Assembly: GCA_035575695.1 (NCBI GenBank)
Contig: DATLXP010000101.1
Span: 1 to 55,849 of the forward strand
Origin: Vicinamibacterales bacterium
GTDB taxonomy: Bacteria; Acidobacteriota; Vicinamibacteria; Vicinamibacterales; 2-12-FULL-66-21
DNA length: 55,849 nt
Reading direction: 5' to 3'
Of this stretch, positions 6,784-16,640 are shown piece after piece. Position numbers and translations under genes: made by a program. The notes beneath the pieces are model-generated. The model did not search any database and had not been told where the DNA came from. It was given only the letters and a program-made list of their open reading frames with translations. Position 1 is the first letter of the stretch, and each line of letters starts with the position of its first letter.

Positions 6784-9087
6784 ATGTCCCCAATGCTGAA
6801 TCACGATCAGATCCTGAAACTGATCCGCGAGAAGGTCGCTCATCCGGCCACTCCCCATGAGATCGAACGTCGGCTGGAGATCCCGAAGGACCAGCACGCC
6901 ACGTTCAAGCGCCTGTTGATGGACCTTGTCGCCAAAGGTGCGCTTCTCGAAACCCGCGGCAACAGGTTCGGCCTCGCCGACATGATGGACGTGGTGGTTG
7001 GGCGGATTGTGACCCATCCTCGCGGCTTTGGATTTGTCGTCCCCGACAAGCCTGTGGCTGGCCTCGCCGGGGATCTCTATATCTCAGGCAACAACCTCAA
7101 CCAGGCGATGCACGGCGATCGGGTCGTGGCACGCATCGAACGCATGGGGAACGATGGGCGGGCCGAAGGACGCATCCTGCGCATCCTCACTCGGGGCTCG
7201 CAGACGATCGTGGGGCGGTTCGACCTCGACGCCTACGGGTCGGGCTTCGTCGTGCCGTTCGACCGGCGCCTGGTCATGGACGTCGAGATCCCCGCCGCCG
7301 ACCGGCGCGACGCACAGGCCAACGACATGGTGGTCGTCGAGATCACGCGATGGCCGACGCCGTCCCGGGGACCGCTCGGGCGCGTCACCGAGATCCTCGG
7401 TGACATCGACAAGCCAGGGGTCGACAACGAGATCATCATCCGCAAGTACGGGATACCGGACGAGCACAGCGACGCGGCTATCGAGGAAGCCACGCGGCTG
7501 GGCACCGAGGTGCGCGAGAAAGACCTCGAGGGACGCACGGATTTTCGTCCGCTCACCACGGTGACCATCGACGGCGAGCACGCGCGCGACTTCGACGATG
7601 CGATCACGCTCGAGAAGCTGTCGAACGGCAACTACTGGCTGGGGGTGCATATCGCCGACGTCGCGCACTACGTCCGGGAGGGCAGCGCTCTCGACGAAGA
7701 GGCCTACGATCGGTCGACGTCAGTGTACTTCCCCGACCGGGCGGTGCACATGTTTCCGTCTGAACTGTCGACCGGCCTGTGCAGCCTGAATCCCCACATC
7801 GATCGCCTGGTGCAGTCCTGCCTGATGGAGGTCGATCGCAAGGGGGACGTCGTGCGGTACGAAATGCACGATGGCGTCATCCACAGCAACGCGCGGATGA
7901 CCTACAACGACGTCAACGCCATCCTGACCGAGCGGGATCCGGCTGTCACCGCACGCCATGCTGAACTGGTGCCGCTGTTCGAGAGCATGCAGGATCTCTT
8001 CGGCATCCTGAACAGGCGGCGCCGGCGCCGGGGTTCGATCGACTTCGATCTCAAGGAGCCCGAGATCGTCCTCGATGACGAGGGCATGGTGGCGGCGATC
8101 ATCGCGCTCGAGCGCAACGTCGCGCACCGTATCATCGAGGAGTGCATGCTCCTCGCCAACGAAACCGTCGCGGAGCATCTCGACGGCAACAACGTTCCGA
8201 CGCTGTACCGCATCCATGAAGATCCCGATCCTCTGAAAGTGGCGGAGTTCGAGGAGTTCATCTCCTCGCTCGGCTACGGACTCGGCGCGGACGCGGAGCA
8301 CGTGGGACCGAAACATTTTCAGAAGCTGGTCGAGCGGATGCGCGGCACGCCGGAAGAAAAGCCGATCGCCTTCCTCATGCTTCGGACCATGCAGAAGGCA
8401 CGGTACGACGAGAACAACCTGGGGCACTTCGGCCTTGCAGCGAAGAGCTACACCCACTTCACGTCGCCTATCCGCCGCTATCCGGACCTGATCGTCCACC
8501 GGACTCTGCGCGAGTCTCGCCGCGGCATGGACGAAGCGCGCACCGCGCAGCGGGTGGAGGACATGCCGGAGATCGCCCGGCACACCTCGGAACGCGAACG
8601 CCGCGCGGCCGACGCGGAACGCGAGCTGGTGCAGTGGAAGAAGGTCCGCTTCATGGCGGACAAAGTCGGGGATGAGTTCGAGGGGTACATCACCGGCGTC
8701 AGCGCCTTCGGACTGTATATCGAGCTCATCGAACATTTCGTCGAGGGCATGGTGCACGTCTCGACCATGGCGGACGACTACTACCGGTTCATCGAAAAGT
8801 CGCACAACCTCAAGGGGGAGAACACCGGCCAGGTCTATCGTCTGGGCGACAAGGTCAGCGTGCAGGTGGTCAAGGTGGACATGGAACGCCGGCAGGTCGA
8901 TCTCGGACTGACGGAGATCCTCGCACGTGTTCGCGACTCGGAGCGCAATCGCGGGCCGAGGCGGTCGAAGGCGGAACCGAAACGTGAAGAGCACCTGCGT
9001 GTCGCGGGAACGCACAAGGGCAAGGGCAAGCACAAGGCGAAGGCGCGTCCAGGCAAGCGCGAGCGCGCGCCCAAGCGCGGGCGCTGA
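6784..9087 (+). CDS. rnr: ribonuclease R
   Basis: N-terminal HTH/cold-shock-like region, RNB catalytic core (IDGEHARDFDDAI), S1 domain and a Lys/Arg-rich tail. Track start 5872 is an antisense extension over the ECF operon. Confidence 0.92.
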   Translation: MSPMLNHDQILKLIREKVAHPATPHEIERRLEIPKDQHATFKRLLMDLVAKGALLETRGNRFGLADMMDVVVGRIVTHPRGFGFVVPDKPVAGLAGDLYISGNNLNQAMHGDRVVARIERMGNDGRAEGRILRILTRGSQTIVGRFDLDAYGSGFVVPFDRRLVMDVEIPAADRRDAQANDMVVVEITRWPTPSRGPLGRVTEILGDIDKPGVDNEIIIRKYGIPDEHSDAAIEEATRLGTEVREKDLEGRTDFRPLTTVTIDGEHARDFDDAITLEKLSNGNYWLGVHIADVAHYVREGSALDEEAYDRSTSVYFPDRAVHMFPSELSTGLCSLNPHIDRLVQSCLMEVDRKGDVVRYEMHDGVIHSNARMTYNDVNAILTERDPAVTARHAELVPLFESMQDLFGILNRRRRRRGSIDFDLKEPEIVLDDEGMVAAIIALERNVAHRIIEECMLLANETVAEHLDGNNVPTLYRIHEDPDPLKVAEFEEFISSLGYGLGADAEHVGPKHFQKLVERMRGTPEEKPIAFLMLRTMQKARYDENNLGHFGLAAKSYTHFTSPIRRYPDLIVHRTLRESRRGMDEARTAQRVEDMPEIARHTSERERRAADAERELVQWKKVRFMADKVGDEFEGYITGVSAFGLYIELIEHFVEGMVHVSTMADDYYRFIEKSHNLKGENTGQVYRLGDKVSVQVVKVDMERRQVDLGLTEILARVRDSERNRGPRRSKAEPKREEHLRVAGTHKGKGKHKAKARPGKRERAPKRGR

Positions 9088-9096
9088 GACACGGTC

Positions 9097-10965
9097 ATGC
9101 GCTCTGTCGTCATCGGAACGGCCGGACACATCGATCACGGGAAGAGCTCGCTCGTGCTGGCCCTCACGGGTACGAACCCTGACCGCCTGAAGGAGGAAAA
9201 GGCGCGAGGGATCACGATCGATCTTGGGTTCGCCCACCTCGAGCATGGCGGTCACACCTTTGCATTTGTCGACGTCCCCGGGCACGAGCGTTTCGTCCGG
9301 AACATGCTCGCCGGCGCCGGCGGGATCGACGCCGTCCTGCTCGTCGTCGCGGCCGACGAGTCCGTGATGCCGCAGACGCGGGAACACTTTCACATCTGCA
9401 CGCTGCTCCATGTGGGCGCCGGGCTGATCGCGTTGACGAAGTCGGACCTCGTAGACGAGGACACCCTGGAGCTGTGCCGGCTCGAGGTCCGCGAGCTTGT
9501 GAAAGGGTCGTTCCTCGAGGGGGCCGCCATCGTCCCCGTGTCCTCCCGGACGGGTGAGGGGCTGGACGTGCTGCGCTCGGAACTCGCACGAACCACCGCC
9601 ACGGCTCCGTTGAGACCGGCGGACGGGCCCGTGCGATTGCCGATCGATCGGGCGTTTTCGATGAAAGGCTTCGGCACGGTGATCACCGGGACGCTCATCT
9701 CGGGGACCATCGCCGAGTCGTCGACACTGACGCTGCTCCCGTCCGGGCTGGACGTCAAAGTGCGCGGCCTGCAGGTCCACGGGCAGGAGGCGAAGGCGGC
9801 GCTGGCGGGGCAGAGGACTGCCATCAACGTGGGCGGTGTGGACGTCGCCGATGTGTCCCGCGGCGATGTGCTCTGCACGCCAGGGGCCTTCGTAACGACA
9901 CGTCGCGCCGACCTGCAGGTTGAAATGCTGGCGGATGCGAAGCCCCTGAAGCACGGTGCGCGCGTGCGCTTTCATCACGGGACGGCGGAGATCCTGGGGC
10001 GCGTCGCCCTGTCCGGAGACACCGGTCACGCGAGAATACGGTTCGAGGCGCCCGCCATCCTGACGCGGGGCGACCGCTTCATCCTTCGGGCGTATTCCCC
10101 GCCGGTCACGATTGGAGGCGGGACGGTCCTCGACCCGCACGCGGGTCGTGGCGCCATCCGCACGCCGGCAGGACGCGCGCGATTTGCCCGGCTCTCGACG
10201 AGGGCGGGCGCGCGCGATGCGGTGGCCGTTTTCGTGGACGAGAAGGCCGGAGTGGGGCTGCCGACACAGGGGCTCATGAGCCGGGCGGGACTGTCGCCGG
10301 CAGCGGCGGAGGCCGTTGCCGGAGAGCTGCGCGAGGCCGGGGTCGTCACCGCCATCGGCGATCTGCTGGTGGGCTCGGTGCTGCTGGCGAACCGGAGCGC
10401 GGCGCTCGTGCAGATGGTCACAGCGCACCACGCCTCACAGCCGCTGTCGTCAGGGCTGCCGCGCGAAGAGGCCCGCGAACGCCTGTTCGGGCGTGATGCA
10501 CCAGCGGTGTTCGACCATGTCGTGGCGTCGCTCGAGCGTGCGGGGACCCTCATCGCCCGCGATACCCTCTCGCTTGCGGGCCATCAGCTCTCCCTGTCCG
10601 ACACCGAAATACGCGCGCGCGACACCCTCGCGACGACGTTTCGGGATGCCGGGTTTGCGCCCCCTGATGCCAGGACCGTGGCGTCGGGCGGCGGAAGCGA
10701 GCCCGGTCTCGGCGACCGCATGCTGAAGCTGCTCGTCCGTGAAAAGACGCTCGTGCGGGTGGGCGACCTCGTGTTTCACGCTGATGCGCTCGCGCAACTC
10801 AAGCGTGACGTGAAGGCGCGGAAGGAGGGCGGGGAGGTCAAACTTGACGTCGCGCTCTTCAAGGAGCGCTACGGCGTCTCGAGAAAATTTGCGATACCGC
10901 TGCTGGAGTACCTGGACCGGGAGCGAGTGACGCGGCGAGTGGGGGATGCGCGGATTATCCTGTAG
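9097..10965 (+). CDS. selB: selenocysteine-specific translation elongation factor SelB
   Basis: GTPase motifs [17 protein letters not shown] and TKSDL, plus C-terminal winged-helix SECIS-binding modules (...[22 protein letters not shown]). Lies 9 nt after the rnr stop. Confidence 0.9.
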   Translation: MRSVVIGTAGHIDHGKSSLVLALTGTNPDRLKEEKARGITIDLGFAHLEHGGHTFAFVDVPGHERFVRNMLAGAGGIDAVLLVVAADESVMPQTREHFHICTLLHVGAGLIALTKSDLVDEDTLELCRLEVRELVKGSFLEGAAIVPVSSRTGEGLDVLRSELARTTATAPLRPADGPVRLPIDRAFSMKGFGTVITGTLISGTIAESSTLTLLPSGLDVKVRGLQVHGQEAKAALAGQRTAINVGGVDVADVSRGDVLCTPGAFVTTRRADLQVEMLADAKPLKHGARVRFHHGTAEILGRVALSGDTGHARIRFEAPAILTRGDRFILRAYSPPVTIGGGTVLDPHAGRGAIRTPAGRARFARLSTRAGARDAVAVFVDEKAGVGLPTQGLMSRAGLSPAAAEAVAGELREAGVVTAIGDLLVGSVLLANRSAALVQMVTAHHASQPLSSGLPREEARERLFGRDAPAVFDHVVASLERAGTLIARDTLSLAGHQLSLSDTEIRARDTLATTFRDAGFAPPDARTVASGGGSEPGLGDRMLKLLVREKTLVRVGDLVFHADALAQLKRDVKARKEGGEVKLDVALFKERYGVSRKFAIPLLEYLDRERVTRRVGDARIIL

Positions 10966-11003
10966 AACGGCTGAACGGGAGGCCGGCCGGCGGACGCTGA
11001 TCC

Positions 11004-11162
11004 CTACGGCGTCCCGTCGTGTTCCCCGTCCTTGGTCGCGGACTTGAAGTTCTTAATACCCTTGCCGATCCCGCGGCCGATTTCCGGCAGCCGACTTGCT
11101 CCGAAAAGGACCAGGATGATCAAGAGAATGATGATGAGTTCCGGTATGCCGAGACTGCCCAT
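11004..11162 (-). CDS. tatA: twin-arginine translocase subunit TatA/E family
   Basis: [40 protein letters not shown] is the canonical TatA TM plus amphipathic helix. AAGGAG lies upstream of ATG 11162. Track start 11315 is an extension. Confidence 0.9.
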   Translation of the reverse strand: MGSLGIPELIIILLIILVLFGASRLPEIGRGIGKGIKNFKSATKDGEHDGTP

Positions 11163-11217
11163 GACGGCTCCTTCGAAATGTCGAGGAAACAGGAGGCATA
11201 GTATCACCCTGCACCTG

Positions 11218-12087
11218 ATGGGTCCCATCGGGCTCATCCTGTTCGCCACTCTGGGCGCTGCGTCACTGGCGAGACCGCCCGTCCACGCAAACGGACAGTT
11301 CTCGTCGTCCACCACAGCAGTTGAGGTTTATGCCAGCGTGACTGATGCGTCCGGCAAGCCGGTGCGCGGGCTGTCGCAGGGCGATTTCGAGATCATCGAA
11401 GACGGCGTGCCGCAGACGGTCTCGGCGTTTGCGGCCGGGGATTTTCCCCTGCGCGTGGCGGTTGCGCTGGATAGCAGCTTCAGCATGGCGGGGGAACAGC
11501 TGCGCGCGGCCAAGACGGCCACGCGTACGTTTCTTGCCGCCCTCCGCCCTGCGGACGAGAGCATCGTGCTCGCGATCGGGAGCGAAGTGACGACGATCGC
11601 GGCGGCCTCGGCTTCGCGCGCCGCGCAGTCCCGGGCCGTGAACGCACTCGACGCGTGGGGACGCACGAAGCTTCATGACGCGATCATCGACTCGATCGAT
11701 GCGACCGACGGCACGCGGGGGCGGCGAGCGGTTGTGGTCATGTCGGACGGCGATGAGCGCGACAGCGGTGCCTCGGCAGGGGACGTGCTGGACCGTGCGC
11801 GCCGCTCGAACGTCATGATCTACCCGGTCGCGATCGGCAAGGCGCGGCCACCGCTGTTCGCTGAGCTGTCGACCGCAACAGGCGGGCGGTCCTTTTTTGC
11901 GCGCGACCTCAGGACGCTTGACTCGACGCTGCGCACGATTGCCGAGGAGCTCGGCCAGCAATACCTGCTCGGCTACTCTCCCACGCGCGCCCTCGTGGCC
12001 GGCAGCGACGAGTGGAGGTCGATCACGGTACGCGTGAAACGCCCGGGCCTCAGCCTGCGCGCGCGCGATGGGTATTACGTGAAATGA
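11218..12087 (+). CDS. VWA domain-containing secreted protein (VWFA-related acidobacterial type)
   Basis: Signal peptide, then the F..S....V.VY..V.D..G.PV.GL...DF.I.EDG..Q motif and a DSS.SM MIDAS-like motif. ATG 11218 chosen because track start 11032 overlaps tatA antisense. Confidence 0.75.
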   Translation: MGPIGLILFATLGAASLARPPVHANGQFSSSTTAVEVYASVTDASGKPVRGLSQGDFEIIEDGVPQTVSAFAAGDFPLRVAVALDSSFSMAGEQLRAAKTATRTFLAALRPADESIVLAIGSEVTTIAAASASRAAQSRAVNALDAWGRTKLHDAIIDSIDATDGTRGRRAVVVMSDGDERDSGASAGDVLDRARRSNVMIYPVAIGKARPPLFAELSTATGGRSFFARDLRTLDSTLRTIAEELGQQYLLGYSPTRALVAGSDEWRSITVRVKRPGLSLRARDGYYVK

Positions 12088-12110
12088 CGTAACGGGTGCA
12101 CGTGCACTCG

Positions 12111-13283
12111 TCAACCAAGCAGCAGGCGCCGCCGCAGCGAGTGATAGGGCTGCTCTCCGGCAATGAGGTCGGCCATGACGGCGCGAATGCGCGCGCTGCG
12201 CTCGAGTGACGTGAGGAGCAGGGCGATGAAGGCCGGGCGGTAGAAGCGCCCCTTGAGGCGCGCCGCGAGACCCAGTTCGTCGTAAATCGCGCTGCGCAGT
12301 CGCTCTGCGTATCTGAACGCCGCGCGCGGTTCATCCTCCAGGCACTCGGCCGCGATCCGCGCGGAGTCCAGCGCGTAGAAAATTCCTTCGCGGGTGATGG
12401 GGTCCACGAGTCCGGCAGCATCGCCGATCAGCAGCCAGCCGTCCCCGCAGGGCACCTCCAGTTCGATGGCCGCGCCGGTCAACGAGGGGATTGGCCAGCT
12501 ATAGCGCTCCAGACGCCCTCCCTCGACGTTGGCCCGCAGCCAGCGGTCCACGACGGGCATGAGCGTCGAGGTCGACGCGACGTCCGCCTGCGCGCAGACA
12601 CCGACCGCCAGGTGGTCCCGTCGCGGGAACGACCAGAGGTAGCCAGCCGGCTCGTGCTCGAACGCGATGTCGATCCGTTCGGTCGTCACGCCGTGCACGT
12701 AGTAGCCGCAGGCAATGGAGATGTCCTGACGTGCGAACGGGCGGGATACCTTCTTGCGGACGAGACCGCTCGCGCCGTCGGCGCCGATCAACCAGCGAGC
12801 GTCAATGTCGCCTGAGTCGGTCACCACCCTCCACCGGCCGTCAGTCCGCTCGATGTCCCGGGCGCGTGCGTTGACCAGCGTCGCGCCAGCCGACAGGGCG
12901 CAGGCCAGGAGCCGGGCGTCGAAGTCGCGCCGGGAGACGACGCCCAGGCGGATCGGATCGCGGCTGAGTTCGATCTCCGTCGCTTTGGACTTCTGGGTGA
13001 ATCGCGCGGACCGGATCACCACGCCGGACGGGCTCGCCCGCAGCTCGTCGGCCGCCAGGCCAGGCAGGCCCGACGGCGCCGACGGCGTCGACGGCGTCGA
13101 CGGGGCCGACAGAGTCACCAACGCCAGGGCGCGGCCCGTGACACCTCCGCCGCAGGCCTTCTCGCGCGGGTGGCTGCCATCGACCAGGGCGACTCTCAGA
13201 CCGCTTGCCGACAACCTGGTGGCGCACCACGCGCCAGCTGGCCCGGCCCCGATCACGGCGACATCAAATTTGACTGCGTCCAT
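12111..13283 (-). CDS. geranylgeranyl reductase family FAD-dependent oxidoreductase
   Basis: FDVAVIGAGPAGA Rossmann motif, ACGGG and the GDAAGLVDPITREGI motif. Start taken at the MDAVKFDV ATG (13283). Confidence 0.8.
   Translation of the reverse strand: MDAVKFDVAVIGAGPAGAWCATRLSASGLRVALVDGSHPREKACGGGVTGRALALVTLSAPSTPSTPSAPSGLPGLAADELRASPSGVVIRSARFTQKSKATEIELSRDPIRLGVVSRRDFDARLLACALSAGATLVNARARDIERTDGRWRVVTDSGDIDARWLIGADGASGLVRKKVSRPFARQDISIACGYYVHGVTTERIDIAFEHEPAGYLWSFPRRDHLAVGVCAQADVASTSTLMPVVDRWLRANVEGGRLERYSWPIPSLTGAAIELEVPCGDGWLLIGDAAGLVDPITREGIFYALDSARIAAECLEDEPRAAFRYAERLRSAIYDELGLAARLKGRFYRPAFIALLLTSLERSARIRAVMADLIAGEQPYHSLRRRLLLG
13072..13107. repeat. in-frame 9-nt tandem repeat (GACGGCGYC) x4 inside the reductase gene
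   Basis: GACGGCGCC GACGGCGTC GACGGCGTC GACGGGGCC on the plus strand. Encodes the ...PSTPSTPSAPS... insertion on the minus strand. Confidence 0.8.
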
Positions 13284-13410
13284 TCGTCGCCCTCGAGCGT
13301 CCAAAGTTGGTGACGCCTGAAATCATAGACGGGTGGAGACCTGAGTGCAGCGACCGTTCAGCTAGGGCACCTATATTGCAACCTTGCGGTTACGGCCGGA
13401 AACGTCCAAA

Positions 13411-14295
13411 ATGACAGCAGTTACCTACGACGACATGAGCCAGATTCCTCCGAGCGCCAGTCCGAACTCGCGCTTCCTCGCGGGCGAGGTCCCCGAGACT
13501 CCGGGCGGACTGAAGCAGCTGCGCGACTCGGCGGGTTGGTCGATCGGCGCGCACGCTCTCATCGCCCTGCTGATCCTGTACGTCTTCACCCGGCCGCCGC
13601 AGGCCTTCACGCCGGCGGCGCCTTTCGCCATACCCGCCGACATCACGTGGATCGCCACGCCAGGGCCCGGCGGCGGTGGTGGCGGTGGGGGCAACCGGAG
13701 CCCGGATCCGCCGAAGAAGGCTGAACTGAAGGGGCCGGAAAAAGTCACCGTCCCGGTCCAGGCTACGCCCAAACCGGTCGAGACCAAGGTTCCGCCGCCA
13801 GCAACGCTCAATATCCCTGCGCAGCCTACCGCGTCGAGCATCCAGGAAATGCCGGGCGTAATCTCGCAAATTCCCACGACGACGCCGTCGCAGGGGTCGG
13901 GCGTGGGTGGCGGTGCCGGCACGGGCACAGGCACGGGGATCGGGCCAGGCAGCGGCTCCGGTCTTGGACCAGGCTCTGGCGGAGGGACGGGGGGAGGCGA
14001 GTTTCAGCTCGGGTCCGCCGGCGTCATCGCGCCTCAGGTCATCCACGAAGAGAAGCCTCAATACACGTCCGACGCGATGCGCGCAAAAGTGCAAGGCGTC
14101 GTCGAGATCGAGGCGGCCGTCCTTGCAGATGGCAGCGTCGGGCGCGTGCGGGTCACCAGGTCCCTCGACGATCGGTTCGGCCTCGATCAGAAAGCCATCG
14201 AAGCCGTGCGCCGGTGGCGCTTTCGTCCGGGCACCAGGTTCGGACAGCCCGCGACGATCATCGTCAACATCGAGCTGACCTTCACGCTGCGCTAG
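13411..14295 (+). CDS. tonB: TonB family energy-transducer protein
   Basis: N-terminal TM, Pro/Gly-rich spacer and a C-terminal TonB domain (YTSDAMRAKVQGVVEIEAAVLADGSVGRVRV...AIEAVRRWRFRPG). Confidence 0.85.
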   Translation: MTAVTYDDMSQIPPSASPNSRFLAGEVPETPGGLKQLRDSAGWSIGAHALIALLILYVFTRPPQAFTPAAPFAIPADITWIATPGPGGGGGGGGNRSPDPPKKAELKGPEKVTVPVQATPKPVETKVPPPATLNIPAQPTASSIQEMPGVISQIPTTTPSQGSGVGGGAGTGTGTGIGPGSGSGLGPGSGGGTGGGEFQLGSAGVIAPQVIHEEKPQYTSDAMRAKVQGVVEIEAAVLADGSVGRVRVTRSLDDRFGLDQKAIEAVRRWRFRPGTRFGQPATIIVNIELTFTLR

Positions 14296-14297
14296 AC

Positions 14298-14318
14298 AGC
14301 TTCCAGCTTCCAGCTTCC
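14298..14318. repeat. tandem heptamer (AGCTTCC) x3
   Basis: Three perfect copies directly after the tonB stop codon. Confidence 0.9.
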
Positions 14319-14336
14319 GGGTGTGCATAATCACGT

Positions 14337-14819
14337 GTGCACCTCGTCAGCCGGATGGCGCTCATCGCGCTGGTTATTGGCGCGAGCACGGCCGTCGTTG
14401 GCACGGGCCGGCTCACCTGGTCGCTGGTCGTGAGCGGAACGTTGCTGTGGAGTGTCGTGCCGCTCCTGCAATTGCTGTCGGGCGTGCTGCTCATTCGGCG
14501 GGCAGACCGGCAGGCCCTTGACGGCTATTTCTCGACGCATCGCAGCTGGTCCATGTGGCTGCTGGCGGGTGCCGCCGCGGTGCTGGTGCTGCCCGACCCT
14601 GGCGGTGCCCTGATGTTCCTCGCCGCCACGGCAGTCGTGCCGATCATCCTGACCGCAAGGGCGCTGGCGGCGTTCTGTCGCGACTCGCTTGGACTGAGCC
14701 GCGCGTCTGCCCGTCGCCGCGTCGGTCTCCATCAGGTGGTGACGTACGCGGTAGTTCTGGCCTACGCGGATTTTGCCGTCGCGCTGATGCCGAGGATCCT
14801 GGCGCTGGTGGGGAAGTGA
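14337..14819 (+). CDS. hypothetical integral membrane protein
   Basis: Four to five hydrophobic segments. Its stop overlaps the start of the next gene (GTGA). The start could also be ATG 14355. Confidence 0.6.
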   Translation: MHLVSRMALIALVIGASTAVVGTGRLTWSLVVSGTLLWSVVPLLQLLSGVLLIRRADRQALDGYFSTHRSWSMWLLAGAAAVLVLPDPGGALMFLAATAVVPIILTARALAAFCRDSLGLSRASARRRVGLHQVVTYAVVLAYADFAVALMPRILALVGK

Positions 14820-15670
14820 CGGTCCGCTTCATCGCCGGCATCGTGTTCGCGCTCGCCGTGATGGCGGGAACGCTCACCGATAGACCGTCGAAGGCGGGTC
14901 CCGTTGGGACCACCGTGCTGGCGGGGGACTTCCACGTCCACGCGGCGCCGGGCGACGGAGTACTTCCCGTCTGGGAGATCCAGAGCGAAGCCGCGCGCCG
15001 CGGCCTCGACGTGGTCGCGATCACCAATCACAACCAGAACGCCGCCACGCGGATGGCGCGTGCGCTTGGATTCGTGGACCCGTATCCGATCGTGATCCCC
15101 AGCCAGGAGCTGACCACCTCGGGGTTTCACATGGCGGCGATCGGCGTCTCCGAGATGATCGACTGGCGCCTGCCGGCGTCCGCCGCCATCGCCGCGATCC
15201 ACGCCCAGGGGGGCGTGGCGATCGCGGCCCATCCCATCCAGAAATCCTGGGTCGACGTTTCCGCCGCCGCGCTTCGGATGCTGGACGGCTCGGAGGTCTC
15301 TCATCCCATGATCCGTGGGCACGCGCCTTTGGGAGCCGAGCTGCTGGCCTTCTTCCAACATACCCGTACGGTAAATCCCGATCTCGCGCCGATCGGGTCG
15401 TCCGATTTCCACGGCGCGACGCCACTGGGGCTGTGCCGCACCTACCTCATCGTTGACGAGGTCTCGCGCGCGGGGGTGCTCGATGCGATACGTCGGGGAC
15501 GCACAGTTGCCAGCGGCCCTGGCGACCGCCTCGTTGGAGATGACGCGCACGTGGAGGCCGTGAGGGCCCACCTGCGCCGTCCGCAGGCGCCGGGATTTGG
15601 CTACACGGTGTCGACATGGCTGGCGCTGGGCGCGATCCTGGCGCTCGGCGTCATTGTCGTACTGGACTGA
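14816..15670 (+). CDS. PHP-domain metallohydrolase (CehA/McbA-like)
   Basis: GDFHVHAAPGDG, AITNHN and SSDFHG metal-binding motifs. GTG 14816 overlaps the upstream stop. Track start 14555 is an extension. Confidence 0.75.
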   Translation: MTVRFIAGIVFALAVMAGTLTDRPSKAGPVGTTVLAGDFHVHAAPGDGVLPVWEIQSEAARRGLDVVAITNHNQNAATRMARALGFVDPYPIVIPSQELTTSGFHMAAIGVSEMIDWRLPASAAIAAIHAQGGVAIAAHPIQKSWVDVSAAALRMLDGSEVSHPMIRGHAPLGAELLAFFQHTRTVNPDLAPIGSSDFHGATPLGLCRTYLIVDEVSRAGVLDAIRRGRTVASGPGDRLVGDDAHVEAVRAHLRRPQAPGFGYTVSTWLALGAILALGVIVVLD

Positions 15671-15714
15671 GGACGTCGGAGCACCGCGGCGCGTGATTTG
15701 CACGACGGTCGTTC

Positions 15715-16137
15715 ATGTCCGATCCACGAAACGCCGCACACGCCAAGAAAGTCACGCAGGAGAAGAAGCACCAGAGTCCGGAAGGGAAGCCGGCGGGCAG
15801 GAAGAAGCGCGGCCCGACGGCCTCCGTGCCCGTTGAGACGGCGGCTGCCGAGAGCAGCGGAGCCGGCGACAGCTCGGCGCCCAAACCGCAGGCTGGGCAG
15901 GAAGCCGCGCTGGCAGTGCTCGCGCAGCTCAACGAGATGGAGTTCTACTCGCGGGCGAATCTCGAACGCCTCGCCGCGCTCGGGCTGACCGTCGAGGACG
16001 AGTTGAAGCAGAAGGCGATCGTGGGCCCTCTGAGCGACGTCTACGCCGCGCAGAACGCCTTTCAAACCACCCTCACCGCTTTGATCGACGCCTACAAGGC
16101 CGAATGCGACCGCATGGGAGAGAGCGGCCAGGCGTAA
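15715..16137 (+). CDS. hypothetical protein (Lys-rich disordered N-terminus, helical C-terminus)
   Basis: ORF with typical GC3 bias. No family recognised. Confidence 0.55.
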   Translation: MSDPRNAAHAKKVTQEKKHQSPEGKPAGRKKRGPTASVPVETAAAESSGAGDSSAPKPQAGQEAALAVLAQLNEMEFYSRANLERLAALGLTVEDELKQKAIVGPLSDVYAAQNAFQTTLTALIDAYKAECDRMGESGQA

Positions 16138-16185
16138 AAAAGGCCGGCCAGAACAACGAAGAACTCAGAACACAGAACTCAGAAG
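16136..16185. repeat. copy 1 of the A6-GGCCGGCC-heptamer-repeat module
   Basis: AAAAAA GGCCGGCC AGAACAACGAAGAAC TCAGAAC ACAGAAC TCAGAAG. Near-identical to 21499-21549 and in the same orientation. Confidence 0.85.
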
Positions 16186-16545
16186 TGCAGGCGCACCCTT
16201 GATTTTCCTTGGAGGCGGCAAGCGTTCTCTCTCTACGCCGCGCTCTTTTGCCGCCGCAACTTCCGTCAGCCGTCTGAGCAACACACCTATTCTCACGAAG
16301 GCTGTGAAAAGCGCCCCTGTTGAGCCGGCCGAACCCACCGGACGGTGGGGTTCAACGGCCAGCGTCAAAGCCTTTACAGCACTTCTTGAACCGGCATCGC
16401 CCGCTTCCAGGCGCTCGCCGGATACGTCATCGCCCATCGTGGGCCGCCGCCGTACCCCCGCACGCACCTTTTAACAAAGCGGACAGATCAGTTGCTCCCG
16501 GGAGCGGTCAAATCATGTACTCCCTACACCCATGGGCGTCTGCCA

Positions 16546-16574
16546 TTGACACTCGCTGCCGCCGCCGATATATT
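16546..16574 (+). promoter_or_regulatory. sigma-70-type promoter, TTGACA-17 nt-TATATT
   Basis: TTGACA 16546-16551, 17-nt spacer, TATATT 16569-16574. About 67 nt upstream of the first gene of the seven-gene operon. A 12-nt perfect palindrome GCTCCCGGGAGC sits at 16494-16505. Confidence 0.6.
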
Positions 16575-16640
16575 GACCGCACCCCAGCCGCCATGCGTCA
16601 GCGTGGACTATCCCTGCAGATCGAGAGAGGTCTCCTTATC

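Noticed and set aside
16340-16365. GGGGTTCAACGG resembling a tRNA T-arm; also GGTTCGTGGGCC near 41535.
   Set aside because: No acceptor stem, anticodon arm or D-arm can be built around either site. I recognised no tRNA or tmRNA in the window.
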